Positions 29,558 to 39,377 of a DNA stretch of 64,000 nucleotides are shown here, in pieces. Within the stretch, counting starts at the first letter, position 1. Every line of letters starts with the position of its first letter. The translations under genes and the position numbers were made by a program. The notes beneath the pieces are model-generated. The model saw only the letters and a list, made by a program, of their open reading frames with translations. It was not told the DNA's origin and did not search any database. The stretch is from IMG/VR virus record IMGVR_UViG_3300042540_001399, positions 1 to 64,000 of that record, one strand, 5' to 3'.

Positions 29558-29611
29558 AACTTTTTTTAAAAAAATAAACAAAAAAAAGATATTTATCAAT
29601 AAAACATCAAA

Positions 29612-30124
29612 ATGGATAGTAAAGTTCCAATAACTAGATTAGGTAAATTTTTTGGTGAAAAAGATTTTTCACTTGAAGTATCTATGGGTCAAGAGTGGTT
29701 AAATGGTGATATGAATTATACTTGTGTACTTTATAGAGTTGATAGAACAAAAACAAAAACTGACGATGTTTATGGTGAAACTTTATCCGACAGTATAAAT
29801 TTTCATCCTCCTGTTGAATTTAATGCTTATGTTGCTATAGCGGCACCCGAAAATAAAATGATCGGATCTACTAAAATTGATCAAGTAGAACCAGGTAACA
29901 TTACAATGTCTGTTTACTTGAAAACTTTGGAAGATTTAAACATAGAAATAAGTTTTGGTGATTATGTGGGTTATTACGATAGCGAAAACTTTGTAAGATA
30001 TTATACAGTTGTCAATGATGGTCGTGTGATTTCTGATATAAAACATACATATAAAGGGTATAAGCCATTTTATAGAACAATAATTGCATCACCTGTTACA
30101 TCAAATGAGTTCAGAGGATTATAA
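29612..30124 (+). CDS. Head closure / neck protein (gp14-like)
   Basis: LYRVD..KTKTDDVYGE motif; lies before the tail completion and sheath genes. Confidence 0.55.
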   Translation: MDSKVPITRLGKFFGEKDFSLEVSMGQEWLNGDMNYTCVLYRVDRTKTKTDDVYGETLSDSINFHPPVEFNAYVAIAAPENKMIGSTKIDQVEPGNITMSVYLKTLEDLNIEISFGDYVGYYDSENFVRYYTVVNDGRVISDIKHTYKGYKPFYRTIIASPVTSNEFRGL

Positions 30125-30133
30125 TAAAAAGAT

Positions 30134-31165
30134 ATGGGATTACCTAAAAAAATAAAAAAATATATACCATTAGAAAATGGTGTAAGTCCGTTGGAAAGAA
30201 GACATCAGTTAGCAGACATGATTGCTGAACATGGTACTTTTTTACCAAAAGGTTTATTACATGCAGATTTAGATAAAGGTTTTTTGGAATTTGTAAAAGA
30301 TAACATGACAATATCCATCGAAGGAAAAAAAATATCTGTCGTTGATATTCTTATAACAACACAGAACTGGGCTCAGTTTACCGAAACTTGGGAATTCCAA
30401 AATATTGATAAAAATGCTGAACCTCCTTTTGTTACTGTTGTTAGACAACCCGAAGTTAAATTTGGTGATCCACAATTAAAATATAATATTCCTAACAAAA
30501 GATTATATCATTATGCTCAAGTTCCTACTTGGGACGGTCAAAGACATGGTATGGATATATATAAAATTCCCCAACCTGTACCAATCCAAATAAACTATAC
30601 TGTAGTGATTATTTGTAACCGTATGAGAGAGTTGAATGAGTTCAACAAAACAATAATGGAACTTTTTGCATCTAGACAAGCTTACCAAAAAATAAAAGGT
30701 CATTATATTCCGATTGTTATGGGTGACATAGCAGATGAATCAGTTTTAGATTTAGAAAAAAGAAAATACTATATTCAGAAATATCCAATGACATTACAGG
30801 GATTTTTACTTGATGAAGATGAATTTGTTGTACAACCTGCGATTGTAAGAACAATGCAGATTTATGAAACTGATACTTCCATAAAGAAACAAAAACCAAA
30901 AAAGAATCAAGAGTTACCAACAAATTTAACTTTTCCTTTTAAAGTTGGGGTAAACACGTTTTCAGACAAAATATTTTTTACTTCTGATATGACAGTTGCT
31001 GAAGTCGATAACATATCTACATATAGTGTTTATATAAATGATGACTTCTATGGTAATGATATTTCAGAAATCCAAATCAACACTAATGACATTTTAAAAA
31101 TAGATGTAACAAAAAATGATGGTACAAAAAACGCTAAGTTAGTATTACAACAAAAACTAATTTAA
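30134..31165 (+). CDS. Tail completion / sheath terminator protein (gp15-like)
   Basis: PQPVPIQINYTVVI...MRELNE pattern and position upstream of the sheath. Confidence 0.55.
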   Translation: MGLPKKIKKYIPLENGVSPLERRHQLADMIAEHGTFLPKGLLHADLDKGFLEFVKDNMTISIEGKKISVVDILITTQNWAQFTETWEFQNIDKNAEPPFVTVVRQPEVKFGDPQLKYNIPNKRLYHYAQVPTWDGQRHGMDIYKIPQPVPIQINYTVVIICNRMRELNEFNKTIMELFASRQAYQKIKGHYIPIVMGDIADESVLDLEKRKYYIQKYPMTLQGFLLDEDEFVVQPAIVRTMQIYETDTSIKKQKPKKNQELPTNLTFPFKVGVNTFSDKIFFTSDMTVAEVDNISTYSVYINDDFYGNDISEIQINTNDILKIDVTKNDGTKNAKLVLQQKLI

Positions 31166-31327
31166 CTATTCTCCGTATAAATCTTTTTTTTCTGAACATT
31201 TTTCTAAAATCAGGTTTTCCAAAAATCTATACATTTTAATCCCTCTTTTATCACAATACTTTTTAAGAACATCGTGAACTTTTGGATCAATTTTTAAATT
31301 TTTTATTTTTTTTGGTTCTTTATTCAT
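31166..31327 (-). CDS. Small ribbon-helix-helix-like DNA-binding protein (53 aa)
   Basis: KIKNLKIDPKVHDVLKKYCDKRGIKMYRFLENLILE fits beta-strand/helix/G/helix; ATG 31327 preferred to 31396. Confidence 0.7.
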   Translation of the reverse strand: MNKEPKKIKNLKIDPKVHDVLKKYCDKRGIKMYRFLENLILEKCSEKKDLYGE

Positions 31328-31328
31328 A

Positions 31329-31358
31329 GGTAGAAAAAAGGTAGAAAAAAAACCTACC
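31329..31358. promoter_or_regulatory. Candidate operator: GGTAG x2 (11-bp spacing) plus inverted CTACC
   Basis: GGTAG at 31329 and 31340, CTACC at 31354, in the otherwise A/T-rich leader of the RHH gene. Confidence 0.5.
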
Positions 31359-31450
31359 AAGATATAAATAGTTTTATATAAGTAAAGTTTTTGCATAAAA
31401 TCTCGGTATTTATATAAAAAATAAATTATAATAAACTAACATTAAAAAAT

Positions 31451-34400
31451 ATGGCAACTAACAGTAAAATTTTCGTTTCACCTGGTGTCTATACTTCTGA
31501 AGTAGATTTAAGTTTTGTGGCACAAAGCGTTGGTGTTACAACTTTAGGTATTGTCGGAGAAACACTTAAAGGTCCGGCCTTCGAACCTATTTTTATTAAA
31601 AACTATGATGAGTTCCAATCTTACTTTGGTCCTACTTCACCTGAAAAATTTGTAAATACTCAAATTCCTAAATATGAAGCGGCATACATCGCCAAATCAT
31701 ATTTACAACAATCTAATCAATTATTTGTAACTAGAGTTTTAGGTTTATCGGGATATGATGCGGGTCCTTCTTGGTCAATAATTACAAGCGCAAACTTAGA
31801 TCCTTCCACTTTGGCACCTTATTGTTTGAGTTCAGTAACAATAGATTGTCAGGATGTTTGTGTGTCAGCTAAGACATTACCTTTTCAAGTGGCATTTACA
31901 GGTTGTACTAACTCACCAAGTTCTGTTTCTTTCGGAGCCTTTCCTGCAGAAATAGAAGCGTTGTTAACATCACAATACGAACAGTTCAACGGTAATACTT
32001 CGACTTTATTAGAAGATTTACAGTTTTTTACATATCAAAGAATTTTAAATCCTCTTTCTCAAAATACATCTATTGCTTACTTCGGTACTATTGATGGTGA
32101 TGATTATGACATGTTGTCAAGTGGATATACAGCTTCTACAAATGTGTTTAATGTACCATCACCTTCTAGTAACTTAACAAACTTCTTATCACCATTTAAT
32201 GATACTTGGTACTATGCTTTGTTTGAAAACACAGGAAATAGTAATTATTCGGGTTATTCATTTTGGTCTGTTGTTTCAGGGTTAACATCAATTAATCCAA
32301 TAACTACAACTACAATTCCTCCAACAACTACGTCAACGACTACAAATCCTTGTATAACACCAACACCTGTGGTTCCTACTACAACAACTACTACTACTGT
32401 TGTTGATTGTTACTCAGGAACAGTTATAGGTATGATATATTATTATACCGGTAATTCATACACTCTTTATGATGACATGGTTATTGCAACACTAAGATCA
32501 AGAGGTATTGCGGATTACAGCGATGACGTGAACCCAAGATATGAAATAACTGGTTTGACTGATGTTACAATGGATTGTTCAGGTCAATATTCGGGCGTAT
32601 TAAAAAATCCATTTGCTAAATTTGCAATAAATGCGACTAACTACTTAGGTAACAACTTTACTTTTGTTACGTCGTTCGCAAATTCGGATTCAGAATATCT
32701 TACAAAAGTATTCGGAACAAGTAACTTTGGTAAACCAAGAAATGTGGTACCACTTTTTGTGGAAGAAAGATTCCAATCACTTTTAAGATGGGCGTATAAC
32801 AAAGGTTACATACGAGGTTTAAAATGTGGTTTAATATCATTACCTGAAGCACAAAGCGAAGATCCAACATCAATTGCTTGGTACTTAGAAAAGTATCAAT
32901 CACCTGAAAGTCCATGGGTTGTTTCTGAAGTTAGAGGTTCCAAAGTTTATAACTTATTTAAATTTTACACAATTTCTGACGGGAACAGTGCCAACACAGA
33001 AGTTAAAATATCTATATCTGATATATCTTTCGCAAATGAAACATTTACAGTTTTAATTCGTGATTACTACGATACAGATTCAAATCCTGTTGTGTTAGAA
33101 AAATTCACAAACTGTACTATGAATCCAAGCGAAAATAGTTTTATAGCCAAAAAAATTGGTACTTTGGACGGTGAGTTTGAATTGAAATCAAGATATGTAA
33201 TGGTTGAAATGAATGAAGACGCACCAATAGATTCATTACCTTGTGGATTTGAAGGATATAATTTCAGAGAATATGCAGGAGCAAAATCACCATTCCCTAT
33301 AATTAAAACTAAATATGATTACCCAGGTGAGTTAGTTTTCAATCCACCTTTTGGTACACCATCAGGTACAGACGATGCTGGATTATCATCAGGTGATAAT
33401 ATAAGAAAAACTTTCTTAGGGTTTTCTACAAGTGCCGATTACGGTTATGACCCAAGTTTCTTCGAATATAAAGGTAAAAGAAATCCTTCAAACATATGTT
33501 TTGCAACTGAATCATCTCCTTGGTTATATAGAACTAAAGGGTTCCACATGGACAAAAACGCAAGTGGTATTACAATTGCTAACGTTTTTGCAACAAGTGG
33601 CACTCCTCGTTTCTACGTAGGTGATGCGTCTTTCAGTTCTGAACCTACTGTTGAAACAAACCCTTACTACCGTTTATTTGCTCGTAAATTTACTTTACTT
33701 GTACAAGGTGGATTCGATGGTTGGGATATCTACAGAGAAAGAAGAACAAACGCAGATAAATACCAATTAGGTAGAACTGGTTACTTAAATGGGGCTTGTG
33801 CAACAACAAGATACCCTTCAGCAGTTGGTTGGGGAGCGTTTAAACAAATTACTGTTGGTGACGGTACAAGAGAATACGCAAACACTGACTATTACGCTTA
33901 CTTACTTGGTATCAGAACTTTTGCTAATCCTGAAGCGGTTAATATAAATGTATTTGTTACACCAGGAATTGACTATGTTAACAACAGTGACTTAGTAGAA
34001 GATACAATAGATATGATAGAAAACGAAAGAGCGGATTCTTTGTATATAACAACTACACCTGACTACAATTTGTTATTACCTACCACAACTGGTGTAGATG
34101 GTTTGATTTATCCACAAGAAGCGGTTGATAATCTTGATGGTACAGGAATCGATTCTAACTATACCGCCACTTACTATCCGTGGGTGTTAACAAGAGATAG
34201 TGTAAATAACACACAAATTTATCTACCACCAACGGCTGAAGTAACCAGAAATTTAGCATTAACAGACAACATTGCGTTTCCTTGGTTTGCTGCGGCGGGT
34301 TATACTCGTGGTATTGTAAACGCTATCAAAGCTCGTAAGAAGTTGACTCAAGAAGACAGAGATGTTCTTTATCTTGGTAGAATCAACCCTATTGCTACAT

Positions 34401-34774
34401 TCTCAGATGTGGGTACAGTAATATGGGGTAATAAAACCCTACAAGTAAGACAGTCAGCACTTGATAGAATAAACGTTCGAAGATTATTGTTACAAGCACG
34501 TAAGTTAATTTCGGCAGTTTCAGTAAGATTATTGTTTGATCAGAACGATGAAAAAGTAAGACAAGATTTCCTAAATGCGGTAAATCCAATATTAGATGGT
34601 ATCAGAAGGGATAGGGGTCTTTATGACTTTAGAGTTACCGTATCAAATGACACGGCTGATCTAGATAGAAATCAGATGACTGGTAAGATATATATCAAAC
34701 CAACAAGATCACTAGAATTTATAGATATTACATTCTACATTACACCAACAGGTGCTTCTTTCGAAGATGTATGA
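31451..34774 (+). CDS. Contractile tail sheath protein
   Basis: SPGVYTSEVDLS, GETLKGPAFEP, PWFAAAGYTRG, RINPI, WGNKTLQ, LDRINVRRLL, IKPTRSLEFI. Confidence 0.95.
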   Translation: MATNSKIFVSPGVYTSEVDLSFVAQSVGVTTLGIVGETLKGPAFEPIFIKNYDEFQSYFGPTSPEKFVNTQIPKYEAAYIAKSYLQQSNQLFVTRVLGLSGYDAGPSWSIITSANLDPSTLAPYCLSSVTIDCQDVCVSAKTLPFQVAFTGCTNSPSSVSFGAFPAEIEALLTSQYEQFNGNTSTLLEDLQFFTYQRILNPLSQNTSIAYFGTIDGDDYDMLSSGYTASTNVFNVPSPSSNLTNFLSPFNDTWYYALFENTGNSNYSGYSFWSVVSGLTSINPITTTTIPPTTTSTTTNPCITPTPVVPTTTTTTTVVDCYSGTVIGMIYYYTGNSYTLYDDMVIATLRSRGIADYSDDVNPRYEITGLTDVTMDCSGQYSGVLKNPFAKFAINATNYLGNNFTFVTSFANSDSEYLTKVFGTSNFGKPRNVVPLFVEERFQSLLRWAYNKGYIRGLKCGLISLPEAQSEDPTSIAWYLEKYQSPESPWVVSEVRGSKVYNLFKFYTISDGNSANTEVKISISDISFANETFTVLIRDYYDTDSNPVVLEKFTNCTMNPSENSFIAKKIGTLDGEFELKSRYVMVEMNEDAPIDSLPCGFEGYNFREYAGAKSPFPIIKTKYDYPGELVFNPPFGTPSGTDDAGLSSGDNIRKTFLGFSTSADYGYDPSFFEYKGKRNPSNICFATESSPWLYRTKGFHMDKNASGITIANVFATSGTPRFYVGDASFSSEPTVETNPYYRLFARKFTLLVQGGFDGWDIYRERRTNADKYQLGRTGYLNGACATTRYPSAVGWGAFKQITVGDGTREYANTDYYAYLLGIRTFANPEAVNINVFVTPGIDYVNNSDLVEDTIDMIENERADSLYITTTPDYNLLLPTTTGVDGLIYPQEAVDNLDGTGIDSNYTATYYPWVLTRDSVNNTQIYLPPTAEVTRNLALTDNIAFPWFAAAGYTRGIVNAIKARKKLTQEDRDVLYLGRINPIATFSDVGTVIWGNKTLQVRQSALDRINVRRLLLQARKLISAVSVRLLFDQNDEKVRQDFLNAVNPILDGIRRDRGLYDFRVTVSNDTADLDRNQMTGKIYIKPTRSLEFIDITFYITPTGASFEDV

Positions 34775-34794
34775 TGATATAAATGTGATTTTTT

Positions 34795-34823
34795 AAAAGA
34801 GGGATTCGTCCCTCTTTTTTTTT
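34795..34823 (+). terminator. Intrinsic terminator after the sheath gene
   Basis: AAAAGAGGGA-TTCG-TCCCTCTTTT followed by a T-run. Confidence 0.85.
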
Positions 34824-34846
34824 CATAATTAATATATTTATATGAT

Positions 34847-35746
34847 ATGAATTACTACAAATTTTTAGTTAAAAAAATTATTAAGGAAGTTGTTGAAGAA
34901 AACCCATCTTATGCAATGAAGTACTACGCTTTTGATTGGGATGATAATTTAATGAAAATGCCAACTTTAATTTATTTGAAAGATGAAGATGGTGACGTAA
35001 TAGGAATGAACACCGAAGATTTTGCTGAGTATCGTACTTTAGTTGGTAGTCAACCTTTTGATTACGAAGGTCACATGATAGTTGGTTTTGATGAAAGTCC
35101 ATTTAGGGATTTCAATGTAACTGGTGATCGTAAGTTTTTAGAAGATATAAAATATGCCCCTATAGCATCCGAAAAAGTGTGGAATGATTTTGTTGAAGCG
35201 ATAAATAGTGGATCTGTTTTTGCAATTATAACAGCAAGGGGTCATTCACCAGCAGCGTTAAAAAAGGCTGTCAAATATATAATAGAAAACAATATGCATG
35301 GTGTAGAAAAAGGACAACTTGTTAAACACCTTAAAGAATATCGTCGTATTGCCGGCCTAAAACAAATAGAAAATGAAAATTGGTTAATTAATGATTATTT
35401 AGATAGATGTCAATTTTCACCCGTTTCACACGGTAAGGGGTCTGCTGCGAACCCTGAAGAAGAAAAATATAACGAATTATTAAGATTTTATAATAGAATG
35501 ACTAGATCATCCAAAAAATTTCAAAAATCACAATTTATAAATCACGTAAATACTGGAAGTGAGTCAATTGGTGGTGGATTGTTTAAATTTAAAAAACCTT
35601 CATTTGGTTTTTCAGATGATGATGAAAGAAATGTTAAATCAATTAAGAAAAGATTTTCAGATATAGGAAAAGATTTAAATATTTATTATACTAAAGGAGG
35701 AGAAAAACAACTATATGAAAACCGGTCTAGTAGAAGAATATTTTAA
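34847..35746 (+). CDS. HAD-superfamily hydrolase-like protein
   Basis: Motif I AFDWDDNL, motif II IITARG, motif IV GFSDDD. Confidence 0.65.
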   Translation: MNYYKFLVKKIIKEVVEENPSYAMKYYAFDWDDNLMKMPTLIYLKDEDGDVIGMNTEDFAEYRTLVGSQPFDYEGHMIVGFDESPFRDFNVTGDRKFLEDIKYAPIASEKVWNDFVEAINSGSVFAIITARGHSPAALKKAVKYIIENNMHGVEKGQLVKHLKEYRRIAGLKQIENENWLINDYLDRCQFSPVSHGKGSAANPEEEKYNELLRFYNRMTRSSKKFQKSQFINHVNTGSESIGGGLFKFKKPSFGFSDDDERNVKSIKKRFSDIGKDLNIYYTKGGEKQLYENRSSRRIF

Positions 35747-35830
35747 AAAAAGATGGAAGTAAATAGAAAAATTTTTTCATCGATATATTTATAATAAAAT
35801 AAAAATAAACTAAAACAAAAAAATAATAAC

Positions 35831-36319
35831 ATGGCTGATCTTTTAATGAAAATGCCGATACCGTATGAACCAAAAAAACAGAATAGGTTTATTCTACGGT
35901 TTCCAACTGATTTAGGAATTAATGAATGGTTTGTACAAACCGCATCAAGACCTAAAATAACTATTACATCAAACACAATCAAATTTTTGAACACTGAAAC
36001 ATACGTAGCGGGTTCTTTTAACTGGGGTGATATAAGTGTAAAAATGTTAGACCCTATTGGACCATCAAATGCTCAGGCGGTTATGGAATGGGTACGATTA
36101 GTTGCCGAATCAGTTACAGGTCGTATGGGTTACGCCGCGGGTTATAAAAGAAACGTTGACTTGGAAATGTTAGACCCAACAGGTGTTGTTATCGAAAGAT
36201 GGATATTAGTTAATGCATTTCCAATAAGTGCTGACTTTGGTTCAGTCGGATACGGAACTGATAGTCCTACTGAAATTACAATGAACCTAAAAATGGACAG
36301 AGCAATTTTAGTTTATTAA
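35831..36319 (+). CDS. Tail tube protein (gp19-like)
   Basis: YEPKKQNRFIL, WGDISV..LDPI, GYKRNV.LEMLDP.G..IERW.L..AFP. Confidence 0.9.
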   Translation: MADLLMKMPIPYEPKKQNRFILRFPTDLGINEWFVQTASRPKITITSNTIKFLNTETYVAGSFNWGDISVKMLDPIGPSNAQAVMEWVRLVAESVTGRMGYAAGYKRNVDLEMLDPTGVVIERWILVNAFPISADFGSVGYGTDSPTEITMNLKMDRAILVY

Positions 36320-36346
36320 AATCTAAAATTTAATTTCCAAAATATC

Positions 36347-36379
36347 AAATCCATATTGTCAAGTACAGTATGGATTTTT
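36347..36379 (+). terminator. Hairpin/terminator after the tube gene
   Basis: 13-bp stem AAATCCATATTGT / ACAGTATGGATTT followed by Ts. Confidence 0.6.
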
Positions 36380-36422
36380 ATTTACTATCAAACAATTAGA
36401 ATTATTTTTATAGAAAAAAAAT

Positions 36423-37178
36423 ATGGAAAACGAAATACTTTACGGTCAAATGAATTTTACATTACCACACGATGTGGTAGAATTACCATCTAAAGGTCTT
36501 TATTATAAAAGTAAAAAATCAAGTATTAAGGTAGGTTACTTAAATGCCGCAGATGAAGATATTTTATCATCAGGTATTAAAAACAATAATTTGTTAATTA
36601 CCCTTTTAAGAAACAAAATTTATGAACCTGATTTGAAACCAGAAGAATTATTGGATGGTGATATTGAAGCGATTTTAATTTTTTTAAGAAACACATCTTT
36701 TGGCCCTGAATATACTTTGAATTTGACGGACCCATTAACAGGTAATTTATTTCAACACACTTTTATTTTGGACGAAATAAATTTTAAAAGTCCAAAAAAT
36801 AAACCAAATGATGATGGAACATTTACTGCCATTTTACCTAGAAGTAATGCTAACGTAAAATTAAAACTGTTAAACTTGGGTGATAAAAGTAAGATAACAA
36901 ATCAAGAATCAAGTTACCCAAAAGGTAGAGTTGCTCCTACTACATTGTGGACTTTACAAGAACAAATTGTTGAATTAAATGGGGATACCGACAAAGGTAA
37001 AATTATTGAATTTGTTCAGAATATGCCGATAATGGATTCCAAGTATATCAAAAAATTTATTTCAGAAAACGAACCTGGTTTAGACTTAAAAGTAAATGCA
37101 ATAGCCCCGTCAGGAGAAAACGTGTCGACCTCGATAACGTTTGGGGTTGAATTTTTTCGCCCTTTCTTCGACATATAA
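36423..37178 (+). CDS. Tail/baseplate hub assembly chaperone (gp26-like)
   Basis: VELPSKG.YY, DEDIL, GDIEAILIFLR..SFG.EY, EPGLD, ends FFRP; lies between tube and tape measure genes. Confidence 0.7.
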   Translation: MENEILYGQMNFTLPHDVVELPSKGLYYKSKKSSIKVGYLNAADEDILSSGIKNNNLLITLLRNKIYEPDLKPEELLDGDIEAILIFLRNTSFGPEYTLNLTDPLTGNLFQHTFILDEINFKSPKNKPNDDGTFTAILPRSNANVKLKLLNLGDKSKITNQESSYPKGRVAPTTLWTLQEQIVELNGDTDKGKIIEFVQNMPIMDSKYIKKFISENEPGLDLKVNAIAPSGENVSTSITFGVEFFRPFFDI

Positions 37179-37314
37179 ACAATATATAATTGATCAATAT
37201 ATATTTCTTGCTAAATTTTTAAGAATACCATATTCGGATTTTTGGAAAATACCTACATACCAAAGAAACTACATAATCGATAAGGTCATTGAAATGAACA
37301 ACCCAAAACAATAA
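37153..37314 (+). CDS. Unannotated C-terminal chaperone extension in the +1 frame (FFALSSTYKQYIIDQYIFLAKFLRIPYSDFWKIPTYQRNYIIDKVIEMNNPKQ)
   Basis: Frame open from 37138 to TAA 37312-37314, overlapping the upstream gene at TTTTTTC; no ATG until 6 codons before the stop. Confidence 0.65.
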   Translation, partial: FFALSSTYKQYIIDQYIFLAKFLRIPYSDFWKIPTYQRNYIIDKVIEMNNPKQ

Positions 37315-37320
37315 AATAGG

Positions 37321-37327
37321 TATTTAT
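37321..37327 (+). promoter_or_regulatory. TATTTAT putative late promoter (representative of about 19 copies)
   Basis: Same 7-mer on the sense strand shortly upstream of most structural genes; positions listed in findings. Confidence 0.65.
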
Positions 37328-37342
37328 TATTAAAAAAGAATT

Positions 37343-39337
37343 ATGGTTGTATCAGGAACAACTTTTGGTACAGATACTCTTAAAAACGTATCTGAAGCTT
37401 TAAAAAAGAATATCACCGGTATTCAAGCAATGGTTGAAGACATAGACAAACAGTTTTCAACGCTAGCAAAAACTATAGGGGCAGGAAGGGAACAGGCGTT
37501 TTTACTAAAACAAACACTTACAGAAGGTCTTACAGAAATAACAAGATTAGGAGGTAGTGTTGCTGATATAGTAAAACAACAAGAAGCTCTTTTTGCTACA
37601 TTTGGAACACAACTAGTTCTTAATAAGAATGCAACAGATGAATTGTTTGCGACAACACAGGCAACTGGTATAGAATCAAAAGACTTATTTACAAGTTACG
37701 CTAATCTAGGAAAATCAATTTACGAAGCTAATTCTGAAATGGCATCAATAATGGAAAATGCTAACCTAATTGGTGTTAACGCAAAAGAAGTTGCAAAGTC
37801 GGTTAATGCTAACATGTCGGCACTTTCTAAAATTAACTTTAAAGATGGTGTCATGGGATTAGCCGACATGGCAGCTAAATCCGCGATGTTACGTGTAGAT
37901 ATGTCTACAGCACTTAAATCTGCTGAAGATTTATACAAACCAGAAAAGGCACAGTCATTTGTCAATACTTTACAACGATTGGGGGCAACAGGATCTTCAG
38001 AATTAATGAACGTTGAAAGAGTCAGATTTTTAGCAAGAAATGAACCGGCAAAGTTACAAGAAGAAATTGCTAAGATGGCATCTAAATTTGTTGACGAAAC
38101 GGGTAAAATGTCTGCAATTGGAATGGACTTCTTAAAGGAAATTGCTTCTGAGTCGGGTTACAGTGCGGATGAGTTATCAAAAATGGGTATATCAATGTCT
38201 CAGTTGAAAGACAAACAAGATCTTATCAATCAAACCGGACTACAATTAACCGATCCAAAAGAAATGGAAAAACTTACCAATTTACTTACAAAAGGTAAAG
38301 ATGGTAAATTTGAAGTAACTTATGAACAAGATGGTCAACAGGTAACAAAGGCTCTTGAAGATATGAATTCTTACGAGAGAGATCAACTTCAGAAATTTCT
38401 TCAGTCACAAAATGATCAAATTAAAAATACATTCCAAGCAAAACCAGGTGAAGACAAAAATTTAGTAAAACTTATAGAGCAACAGATGGATGTAAATACA
38501 AAATTTACACAAGCCATAAAAGCTTTAGAAACTGTAATACCATCACAAATTGCAGGTTCAAAGACCGGAGAAAAAATGATACAAAGTATCATCGACAACA
38601 CAAATAAACTTTCAACCACTGCACTTACAAAATTAGATGAGTTAAGCGATGAAGCGGGAAAGGCCGTAGACATGAAAATCAAAATAATAGAAAGTGCGGT
38701 AGACGCTATGAAACCAACACTCCAAACAGTTGTTGATACTATGGAAACTTTAGCTACCAATACCATGCCAAGTCTTACAAGCGCAGCAAACAGATTTACA
38801 ACAGCTCTTGGTAACGTGGGGACCTTTTTGACCAATACTTTTAAATTAGATGACTTTGTGAGTTTACCAGGGAACGACAGATTAATCATGGGTCCTGAAG
38901 GTTCTATAGGTAGAATAAATAGTAATGATACAATAATATCATCAACTGATGGACCAAAAACTGAAGAAGAAGTTGCTAAAATGATGGAATTAATTAAATC
39001 ACCACAAACACCATTAGTTTCTTCGCCAATAGAAACAAAACCAATCTTAACTTCAGAAAATTTGGGAACTAAATCTATGATGGAAATAGAAAGAGAAAAG
39101 GCCTTGACGGATATAATGATGTCTCAAACTCCCAAAACAAGTGAAACACCAACAGAAATTAAAACCACAAATGATATCAATCATAAATTAGACATTGTTG
39201 TTGATCTAAAAAACGTACCAACTAACATCAATCAAAATGAATTGAAAGGGGTTATTGAAAACGTTGTGTTGAAACCTGAATTTGTTAATAACATCAAAAT
39301 GGGATTAGAAAAAATTAAAGGTGTTAATTACTATTAA
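37343..39337 (+). CDS. Tape measure protein
   Basis: Ala/Met/Lys-rich helical protein directly after the tube and chaperone genes. Confidence 0.7.
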   Translation: MVVSGTTFGTDTLKNVSEALKKNITGIQAMVEDIDKQFSTLAKTIGAGREQAFLLKQTLTEGLTEITRLGGSVADIVKQQEALFATFGTQLVLNKNATDELFATTQATGIESKDLFTSYANLGKSIYEANSEMASIMENANLIGVNAKEVAKSVNANMSALSKINFKDGVMGLADMAAKSAMLRVDMSTALKSAEDLYKPEKAQSFVNTLQRLGATGSSELMNVERVRFLARNEPAKLQEEIAKMASKFVDETGKMSAIGMDFLKEIASESGYSADELSKMGISMSQLKDKQDLINQTGLQLTDPKEMEKLTNLLTKGKDGKFEVTYEQDGQQVTKALEDMNSYERDQLQKFLQSQNDQIKNTFQAKPGEDKNLVKLIEQQMDVNTKFTQAIKALETVIPSQIAGSKTGEKMIQSIIDNTNKLSTTALTKLDELSDEAGKAVDMKIKIIESAVDAMKPTLQTVVDTMETLATNTMPSLTSAANRFTTALGNVGTFLTNTFKLDDFVSLPGNDRLIMGPEGSIGRINSNDTIISSTDGPKTEEEVAKMMELIKSPQTPLVSSPIETKPILTSENLGTKSMMEIEREKALTDIMMSQTPKTSETPTEIKTTNDINHKLDIVVDLKNVPTNINQNELKGVIENVVLKPEFVNNIKMGLEKIKGVNYY

Positions 39338-39377
39338 AAAAACATTCCTAAAATCTATTTATTAATAAAATTGAATA

